A model generated the notes under the pieces. That model saw only the letters and a program-made list of their open reading frames with translations. It was not told where the DNA came from and did no database searches. Of a DNA stretch of 64,000 nucleotides, positions 57,113 to 64,000 are shown one piece after another. Numbering within the stretch: position 1 is the first letter of the stretch; each line of letters begins with the position of its first letter. Origin of the DNA: a virus (Duplodnaviria > Caudoviricetes); IMG/VR virus record IMGVR_UViG_3300049573_000247, positions 1-64,000 of that record; one strand, written 5' to 3'. Position numbers and translations under genes: made by a program.

Positions 57113-57532
57113 CTACAGTCCGAATCGGACTCTGCTGTACGCGACGACCTGCAGGATCTGGTCGGCCGTCGCCGAATCGATGCTCCCGGCGGACTTCCAC
57201 ACATCCGGGTTGTTCAGCTGCGTCAACTGCCGGGCCGCGTCGCGGGTGTGGGCGTGCACGCCGGGGACGCAGCCGGTGCCGCATGCCAGCAGCGCGGCCC
57301 ACATCCGGTAGGCGTTGACGACCTGCGTGCCCATCTCAGCTCCCGTCTCCGGGTGGAACAGCCACAGCCGCATCTGCCACGTCGGGTCGACCGCCGCCTG
57401 GGTGACACCGCGCTCACCACCCCACGCGAGCCACGTGCACCAGTCGGCGTCGAAGACACCCGATCCGGCGATCGGGTCGTACAACGCCTGCGGGGGAATC
57501 GCCCCCTCAGGCCAGTCGGTGATGGCTCTCAT
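57113..57532 (-). CDS. phage-type hypothetical protein (paralog of previous gene)
   Basis: MWAALLAC..IDSATADQILQVVAYSRVRFG. Confidence 0.65.
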   Translation of the reverse strand: MRAITDWPEGAIPPQALYDPIAGSGVFDADWCTWLAWGGERGVTQAAVDPTWQMRLWLFHPETGAEMGTQVVNAYRMWAALLACGTGCVPGVHAHTRDAARQLTQLNNPDVWKSAGSIDSATADQILQVVAYSRVRFGL

Positions 57533-57900
57533 GCCAATCCTTTCGGTGGGTTCCAGGTGGTGGAGGGAGGTAGGACTTCGACCACGGCGCCCCGCTGGTC
57601 GGCGAACCGCAGCGGCCACGACCGGTACCGGCCCTGGCCTTGGTGCCAGAAACCGTGGCAGACGGCCGGAGGCGCGTCGTATGCGCTGGCCGGGATGGTC
57701 TGGTGGCAGGGGATGAACGTGTCGTCGGCGATGGCATCGGTCTCCATCTGCTCGCGCCGCCCCTCGTCGAGGGACATGCGGTTTTCCTTGAAGTAGATGC
57801 AGGTCCCGCACCGGCGCTTGTTGACCCGCACACGCCCCTGTTCGTCGAGCAGGTCGAGCAGGTACACGTGGCCGTCGCTGTCCTCAGTGTTGTCGTTCAC
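57529..57900 (-). CDS. Cys/His-rich hypothetical protein
   Basis: CGTCIY..IPCHQT..AVCHGF. Confidence 0.65.
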   Translation of the reverse strand: MNDNTEDSDGHVYLLDLLDEQGRVRVNKRRCGTCIYFKENRMSLDEGRREQMETDAIADDTFIPCHQTIPASAYDAPPAVCHGFWHQGQGRYRSWPLRFADQRGAVVEVLPPSTTWNPPKGLA

Positions 57901-57912
57901 CGCGTGCGCTCC

Positions 57913-58434
57913 TCAGGGGAGGTGGAGGCTGAGGAACTCGTCGCTGTAGCCCAGTTCGGAGAGGTACGCGTCGAGGGCTTCGCCGGGCGACGGGTCGGGG
58001 TTGTCGGGGCTTCCCCACGCGTCGAAGGGGACCGCGAGGTATCGCTCCTGGAAGGCGGCGAGGTCTTCCGGTCGCATCCGGAAGGCCATCTCCCCGAGCC
58101 AGCCGAGGACGCTCTGGTCGTAGTCGCGCAGGTTCTCCACCCGCAGCCCCTGCATCCACTCGATGGCCTTGGCCACGGCAACCTCGCGACTGAGGGCGGT
58201 GAACTTGTCGATCGACCTGAGCCGGTCGGTGATGTGGTCGAGGACGTACAGGCCCTGAACGATGAGGGCCGGGTCGACAACGGAAGGGGACCGCTCGGCG
58301 CAGGCGAAGAGGACGCGCCCCGCCGGGAGCGTCCAGATGTCGGTGATGAACCGGTCGTCCCGACCGTCGGCAGACCCGAAGAACCGGGGCTGGATACGTC
58401 GTACTGCGTGGTGCAGTTCGCTTTCGGTGAACAC
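57913..58434 (-). CDS. hypothetical protein
   Basis: AAGGAG RBS before GTG. Confidence 0.6.
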   Translation of the reverse strand: MFTESELHHAVRRIQPRFFGSADGRDDRFITDIWTLPAGRVLFACAERSPSVVDPALIVQGLYVLDHITDRLRSIDKFTALSREVAVAKAIEWMQGLRVENLRDYDQSVLGWLGEMAFRMRPEDLAAFQERYLAVPFDAWGSPDNPDPSPGEALDAYLSELGYSDEFLSLHLP

Positions 58435-58503
58435 TGGATCTCCTTGTCGTAGCGGATTCGGCGGGCGCACCCCGAGCCGGGACGGGGTGCGCCACCGGGA
58501 CCG

Positions 58504-59025
58504 CTACGTCTGCGGTCCGGGCACGGCGTGAGCTTCACACCAGGCCTGCAGGGCTTCGACCCCCCAGTTGTAGGCGACCCTCCGGGCAGCGCCGGACAGG
58601 TACGCCTCGGCGACGGCGCTGAGCTTGAGCATTTGCGCGCACCGCTGCTTGTGTTCGCGCTCGGCGTCCTTGCCGCGCAGGTTCGGGTGCTCGAACGCGG
58701 AGGTCAGGCGCATGTAGATCTCGTCGTCGAAGGGGTCGTCCATGACCTCATCGAGGTGCGAGGACTCGCACAGGCGCAACACCTTCTTGAAGGACCGCGC
58801 CTGCCCGAGGCCTCGGTGGACCGCGCTGTCGACGATGGCGTTCATGCGGTCCTCCCAGAACTCCTCGGCGTCCCACTTCTCGTAGTTGTTGACCGATGTG
58901 GTCACGTGCCCCAGCAGGTCGATCCACCAGGATCGTTCGCCTGCGGTGTCCTCGCCGTCAGGCCACATCTTGTGGGATTCGATGTGCTCGCGTGCCGTAT
59001 CGGCATCGAATGCGGGTGTGGTCAT
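58504..59025 (-). CDS. hypothetical protein
   Basis: 173-aa ORF. Confidence 0.65.
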   Translation of the reverse strand: MTTPAFDADTAREHIESHKMWPDGEDTAGERSWWIDLLGHVTTSVNNYEKWDAEEFWEDRMNAIVDSAVHRGLGQARSFKKVLRLCESSHLDEVMDDPFDDEIYMRLTSAFEHPNLRGKDAEREHKQRCAQMLKLSAVAEAYLSGAARRVAYNWGVEALQAWCEAHAVPGPQT

Positions 59026-59028
59026 GTG

Positions 59029-59433
59029 TTACTCCGTTTCCTGGTCGTCGGTGCGGGGGTGGGTACCGACCCATTCGACGCCGGAGATGAGACCGGTTTC
59101 GGGCGTGGCCATGAACGAGGGTGCGTACCCCTCGTTGATGAAGTTCAGGTACGTCTCCTTCGACAGGCCCGAACCGTGCCACGTGTAGGCGGGGGAGGCC
59201 ATCCATTCGGCGAGTTCGTCGGGGGTGGCGAAGACCGGGCTGATCGGCGATCCCTCCGTGACGGTCTCCCACAGCTGGTAACCGTCGCCGGGTGGGGGCT
59301 CGGTCTTGCCGTGCTCGTACCACCAGTCGTAGTCCTCTTCGGTGACCAGTCCTGGGGGTGGCAGGTAGCCGGGCCACGCCTTGTCGAGGGGGTGGGAGAA
59401 GTCGAGGTCGACGCGCTTGATCTCACGTCCCAT
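59029..59433 (-). CDS. phage-type hypothetical protein
   Basis: MGREIKRV..EPPPGDGYQLWETVTEGSPISPVFATPDELAEW. Confidence 0.75.
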   Translation of the reverse strand: MGREIKRVDLDFSHPLDKAWPGYLPPPGLVTEEDYDWWYEHGKTEPPPGDGYQLWETVTEGSPISPVFATPDELAEWMASPAYTWHGSGLSKETYLNFINEGYAPSFMATPETGLISGVEWVGTHPRTDDQETE

Positions 59434-59685
59434 CAGTGGTCTCCTTGCTGCGGTCGGGCGGTAGGTGGTAGGTGAACTGGGCGTCGTCGACCATGACCCG
59501 GGTGCCGACCGGGTTGCCGTTCTCGTCCTTCTGGAGGAAGCTGACGGACCGGTGCATCGCGTAGCCGTCGTTGCGCATCTCCTGGATCGTCAGCTCGCCG
59601 CGCAACGGGAGCTTGTCGGCCAGGTAGGGGTTGGACGTCGCGGTCAAGGTGACCATGAGCGGCCGGTTCCATCCCGTGTAGTGGC

Positions 59686-60300
59686 TCACGAGAACGTTGC
59701 CTCCTCCTCTGCGTCTTTCAGGTAGTAGCGGCCCAGGTCGTCGGTGTCGACGTGGTCGAAGAAGCGGCGCACCAGGCGCGCGACCGGAGCCATCGGCGTG
59801 TCCATACTCGCGATCAGCGGCACCGGCTTGATGAACAGCTCGGCGATCTCCTTGCCCAGCTCGACCGCGCGCTCGCGCTCGGCCAGCCATGTCGCCTTGT
59901 GGGCGCGGAGCGCCAGCTCCATGACTTGTTCGCGCAGGGCCCGCTCGTTGTCGATCATCTCGCACAGGTCCTGGAGGTAGACACCGCCGATGGTGTCGGG
60001 GGTCCGGTACCAGACGCTGATCCACTCGCCCCGGATCTTGTTGGCTGGGACGCGGTAGTGCCGCTCGCCGGTGTCGAACTCGTCGTCGAGTTCGACGGCG
60101 TGGATCGGCATGACCACGCGCACGCAGCCCTCCCCGTACCCGGCGGCGTAGTAGCCCTGGTCCCGGTTGGAGAAGTAGACCGGGCCGGTGTCCTTGTCGC
60201 CCTCCTTCGACTGGAAGCGCCGCACGCGGCCGATCAGCTCGGCCGTCTCGGCGCTCGTGCGGTGGAACAGCTCGATCCACCCGTCGGGAACATCGCTCAT
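59686..60300 (-). CDS. possible ADP-ribosyltransferase-fold protein
   Basis: LFHRTS..A..I..F..VYFS..A.GYG..E pattern; GGAAGG RBS. Confidence 0.45.
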   Translation of the reverse strand: MSDVPDGWIELFHRTSAETAELIGRVRRFQSKEGDKDTGPVYFSNRDQGYYAAGYGEGCVRVVMPIHAVELDDEFDTGERHYRVPANKIRGEWISVWYRTPDTIGGVYLQDLCEMIDNERALREQVMELALRAHKATWLAERERAVELGKEIAELFIKPVPLIASMDTPMAPVARLVRRFFDHVDTDDLGRYYLKDAEEEATFS

Positions 60301-60944
60301 GAAACCTTCCTTACTGTCGGTAGCGCTCAGTCAGGGCACGGGCACCCTCGGGGTTCGCCCGGCACCAGGCCAAGATGACCGCGAGATTCGCGGTCGCCTT
60401 GAGCTGCGAACGGCACACCCTCGTGACGCCGGGGATGCCCTCGACCCACGACTGGAAGAACCAGCGGCCCTGTGTCGGGGTCATGTGCTCGGAGTACAGG
60501 AACACGTCCTCCACCCCGATCCCCGCCAACTGCGCGACATCGGCCAGCGCTATAGCGTTAGCCTCCTGGAACGACGGATCAGTACTAGCCACGAGGGTCC
60601 TTACTCTTCGAGTTTTTGCAGGTAGTAGTAGCCGAGGTCGCCCCGGTTGACGTGGCGCAGCAGCTGGTCCAGCAGACGCCCGAGCGCGTCGTCGCGCTGG
60701 GCCGGTGAGAGGTAACCCGTGAAGGTGTGCAGCACCTTCTCGCCGACGGCGCGGGCCCGGTCGATCTCGCTGGAGTAGGTGGTCGCCCAGCGCGCTTTCC
60801 GGGCCGTGTCCAGCGCGAAGCGCAGCAGGCGCTGGTCGTTGTTGACCACAATGGTCACGTCCTGCATGCAGGCGGTGTCGATCGCGTCGCTCACCTGCGC
60901 TTCGGTGTAGAACCCCACCGGCGGTGCTCCTCCCTCATGAACGG

Positions 60945-61382
60945 TCACTGGCTGCGCTCCTGCTGCCAGGCATCGGCCAGCATCGCGCCGACCGCGTGGG
61001 CCAGGTGCGCCCCGGCCTCGTCGAGGTGGGCGTACACCACCCGGTGCAGGTCGGTGACGTCCTCGACGTCCACCTCGTAGTGGGCCTGCCACAGCGAGAT
61101 CTCGGTGGCGATGAGGAACCCGTCGCCGGTGAACGGCAGCCAGTTCTCGGCCGGGCCGAGGACGCTTCGCGCCCACTCCCAGTCCTCGGCCCACGTGTCC
61201 GGCTCCCAGGACTCAACCGCCCTGGTGCACACCTGTTCGGCCCAACGCCATCCCTTGGACACCTCGGTGGTGCCGGAGATCCCGGTGTGCTTCTTGACCT
61301 TGAGCCGGGACCGCTCCGACGCAGCGCGCAGCATCTGCGCGCTGACGGGGAAACTGATCCACAGCACTTCCAGATCGTCCAT
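60945..61382 (-). CDS. hypothetical protein
   Basis: GGAGGAG RBS. Confidence 0.6.
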   Translation of the reverse strand: MDDLEVLWISFPVSAQMLRAASERSRLKVKKHTGISGTTEVSKGWRWAEQVCTRAVESWEPDTWAEDWEWARSVLGPAENWLPFTGDGFLIATEISLWQAHYEVDVEDVTDLHRVVYAHLDEAGAHLAHAVGAMLADAWQQERSQ

Positions 61383-61856
61383 CTAGTGCTCCTCCTCGTA
61401 CGGGTTGGTCTTCTCAATGAGGGCGCCGGGAGCATACTCGGCGACCCGTTCGTTCTCCTCGCCCTCGTTCAGGCGCACTCGCACCCACTCGCGGCCCTCC
61501 CCGGTGCGACCGGAGTCGAGCACGACACCGTACTCGGCTCCGTGCCACCACGTGTCGCCTTCGCCGCGTGGAATAGCGACCGCGTCGTCCTCACACCACC
61601 AGTCGAACTCGGATTCGGTGAAGGCGCGCCGCATCTTGGGGCCCACCCAGAACCGTGCCTTGCCGAGCGCGACCGCATTTTCCCACGAGGCCTCGCCGTT
61701 GGCGCACATGTCGCAGGTGGGCACCGGTTCACCGGCCCAACCCGGGGCCGGTTCGACCGCACCCATCTCCTCGTCGGCCTGGTCGGCTGGGTGTGCGCCG
61801 CAGAGCGCGCACTGCTGGTCCTGGTGCAGTTGCTTCAGCTTCAGCTGCTGGTTCAC
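61383..61856 (-). CDS. Zn-finger hypothetical protein
   Basis: CALC...CDMC. Confidence 0.55.
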   Translation of the reverse strand: MNQQLKLKQLHQDQQCALCGAHPADQADEEMGAVEPAPGWAGEPVPTCDMCANGEASWENAVALGKARFWVGPKMRRAFTESEFDWWCEDDAVAIPRGEGDTWWHGAEYGVVLDSGRTGEGREWVRVRLNEGEENERVAEYAPGALIEKTNPYEEEH

Positions 61857-62194
61857 GCGTCCTACCTTTCGGGGGTCTGGGTGGTCGAGTACTTGCGCCA
61901 GGCGGCGTCGAAGCATTCGGGGTTGACGAACACTTCGCGGCTGTTGCACACGTGCACCTGCACGTACCCGGTCTCGGACCGCTTCTTGTACTTGGGTTTC
62001 AGCGAGCTGATGGTGACCATCGCACCGCCGACGGCGACAAGATTCTCGCCGCAGCCAGCGCACTCGGGATACGCCATGATAATGATTCGCCTTTCTGTCG
62101 AAACGATATCGGAGAGGGCCGACATGGACGCCAGGCCAATGGCACGCGTGCCCCGGCCAGCGGCCGGGGCACGATGCGAAAGGACCAGCGAGCG

Positions 62195-62818
62195 CTACTC
62201 GCTCGGTTCGGCGACGGCGACCCACGAGAGTTCGCTCATGTACGAATCGCTCCAGCGCGCCGGGTTGTCCGCCCAGGTGATGCACGTCCGGGGCCCCCAG
62301 TACCGGTCGCTGTAGTCGCGTTTGGTGGACAGGACCGTGCGCGGCGCGTCAGTGAAACTGCGGTTCTCGAAAGCCACGACGACGTCCCCCTCTCGGAGGT
62401 CATCGGCCCGCTTCCACCGGCCGATGTCGCCCAGGCGCGGCACCGCGTGCTTGCCGAACAGCACCCCCGCCAGGACCCGCTCTCGGCGCGGCGCGTAGGT
62501 GTACTCCTCGGGCCGGAAGGTCATAGCTTCCAGGTCTTCGATGAGCAGCCGCTCGACCGTGCTCTCGGTCCCGGTCACCGGCCACTGGGCGGTGCCGGTC
62601 TCCACCCACAGGCGCGAGAAGACGACCGTCTCGACGCCGTCGTGGTCCTCGGGCTTGTCGTGCGAAAACACGAACGCCTCGGCCGGGTGCGCTTCCCAGG
62701 TGTACTCCTCGCCGATCCACCGCTCGGCCATCGGCACCGCGAGCGCGGGCTCCAGTTGGTGCTGCTGCTCCCAGTACATCAGCGACAGCGCTTTCCGCTT
62801 GCCTTCCTCCTTCGTCAT
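62195..62818 (-). CDS. hypothetical protein
   Basis: AAGGAG RBS, 207 aa. Confidence 0.6.
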   Translation of the reverse strand: MTKEEGKRKALSLMYWEQQHQLEPALAVPMAERWIGEEYTWEAHPAEAFVFSHDKPEDHDGVETVVFSRLWVETGTAQWPVTGTESTVERLLIEDLEAMTFRPEEYTYAPRRERVLAGVLFGKHAVPRLGDIGRWKRADDLREGDVVVAFENRSFTDAPRTVLSTKRDYSDRYWGPRTCITWADNPARWSDSYMSELSWVAVAEPSE

Positions 62819-63063
62819 GCTGCTCCTTTCAGGGGTGTGTCCTTGTAGGCGACGATGCCGGGGATCGGCTCGATCCCGGTCATGCGCCCCTTGTGGGTCG
62901 CGATGCCGGTGTGCCCCCCGCACACGGCCAGCGCGGCCGTACCCGCGTCGCCGCCGGGGTTGTCGATCTCGTAGTACTCGATCTGCACGGGCACGCGCCC
63001 GCACGAGGCCACGACACAGCGCTGCGGCTGCTTCTGCTCACTCATCTGTTCTCGTTCCTTGGG

Positions 63064-63321
63064 TTAGACACCCACGACCAGAGCAGTCGGGGTGGTCTTG
63101 CTCGCGCGGGCGGCGAAGCTCGACGCCTTGGCGACGATGAGGCCGTCCTTCTTGGCCCCCCCCGTGATGCGGGCGACGATGAGCAGGCCGATCGGGCTGC
63201 GTCGCGCGCCCACCACTTTCACCTTGGTGCCGCTGCTCTTGTGCAGGGCCAGCTGGCCCGTGCCGAACGCGAACACGCTGCTGCGCTTGCCGTTGGGGTT
63301 GGGGTTGGGGTTGTGGTTCAT
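63064..63321 (-). CDS. small basic hypothetical protein
   Basis: GGAGG RBS; NPNPNPN start; K/R-rich. Confidence 0.5.
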   Translation of the reverse strand: MNHNPNPNPNGKRSSVFAFGTGQLALHKSSGTKVKVVGARRSPIGLLIVARITGGAKKDGLIVAKASSFAARASKTTPTALVVGV

Positions 63322-63389
63322 GAGTATCCTCCATCTTGCTGACGTTGATGTGGCCCGCAGGGTGCGGACGTGAGTGGGCTCCCGTTTCG

Positions 63390-63440
63390 GGCGCACGAAC
63401 AAGCCCACCCGCCAGACGACGGGTGGGCTTGTTCCTGCGC
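63390..63440 (-). terminator. long intergenic inverted repeat
   Basis: GAACAAGCCCACCCG/CGGGTGGGCTTGTTC core. Confidence 0.6.
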
Positions 63441-63469
63441 CCGGCGCATCAGCGCCGGGCTCGGACTTG

Positions 63470-63982
63470 CTAGTGGTAGCGGGGATCGTCCTCCTCGTAC
63501 CAGCGCTCGCCCGCGTACGCCGGATCGAAGTCGCCCGGCTCGGTGTCGGGGTAGCGCTGGCGGATCTCCTCGTGGCGCTTGCAGGAGGCGGCCCAGTGGC
63601 CGTCGCACCGGTTCGACCCGTTGCCGGTGCCGGACAGGAACGCGTGGTAGTTGACGGTGCCGGAGCAGTCGGGGCCGGGGCCGTCGGAGCAGGTGCGCTC
63701 CTCGCGGCGCACGATCCAGCGCTTGCCGTGGAGGATGATCTCCGCGTCGTGTCCGGCGGCGCCCGAGGCGGTGAAGCGTCGCCACTTCGCGGCCTTCTCG
63801 TCCGCGTCGCGCTCGCCGTAGGGCGGCCTGATGGTGTCGATGCTGTCGCTGAAGGTGAGGTCGCCGTTGTCTTCGCTGATGAGTTGGCCGAGCTTCCAGT
63901 ACAGCGCGCCGACTGCCTCCAGCGGCGTGGCGCACTCAAAGCCCCAGCCGGAGCTGTCGCGGCCGGTGGCGTCGTATTCCAT
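63470..63982 (-). CDS. hypothetical protein (start may lie beyond the window)
   Basis: ORF with GC3 bias; DFDPAYAGERW tail. Confidence 0.6.
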   Translation of the reverse strand: MEYDATGRDSSGWGFECATPLEAVGALYWKLGQLISEDNGDLTFSDSIDTIRPPYGERDADEKAAKWRRFTASGAAGHDAEIILHGKRWIVRREERTCSDGPGPDCSGTVNYHAFLSGTGNGSNRCDGHWAASCKRHEEIRQRYPDTEPGDFDPAYAGERWYEEDDPRYH

Positions 63983-64000
63983 GCGCGCCTCGAACGCGAC

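Noticed and set aside
63292-63316. (TTGGGG)n telomere-like repeat
   Set aside because: Only three to four copies, encoding Asn-Pro repeats at the start of a small ORF.

Overview
High-GC, actinobacterial-type DNA densely packed with short, translationally coupled ORFs almost all on the minus strand. This looks like the accessory/early region of a large actinophage or giant plasmid; no capsid, terminase, polymerase or complete integrase gene is visible. All protein calls are by eye from motifs, not database searches. Recognisable genes: UvrD-like and RecD2-like helicases, RtcB, a Pol-beta-type nucleotidyltransferase, HU, RidA, two HNH nucleases, a SLOG/DUF2493 protein, a GH26-like hydrolase, a holin and an endolysin-like protein, several winged-helix regulators, an ArdA-like protein, and a conservon fragment (roadblock, DUF742, GAF) lacking its sensor and GTPase. 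There are six tRNAs: Pro, Gly, Arg, Leu and Val clustered at 6.3-6.9 kb, and Lys at 46.4 kb; several have non-canonical anticodon arms. The most unusual feature lies at 6.6-8.0 kb, upstream of and on the same strand as the tRNA cluster. It is an array of six related 10-13 bp hairpins resembling tRNA acceptor/T-arm minihelices. Three end in ACCA, one carries the G3.U70/A73 alanine identity set, and three are preceded by a conserved UGAUC(A) element. Two further CCA-ended tRNA-like RNAs accompany the array. This may be an undescribed tRNA-mimic (decoy or processing) RNA system.
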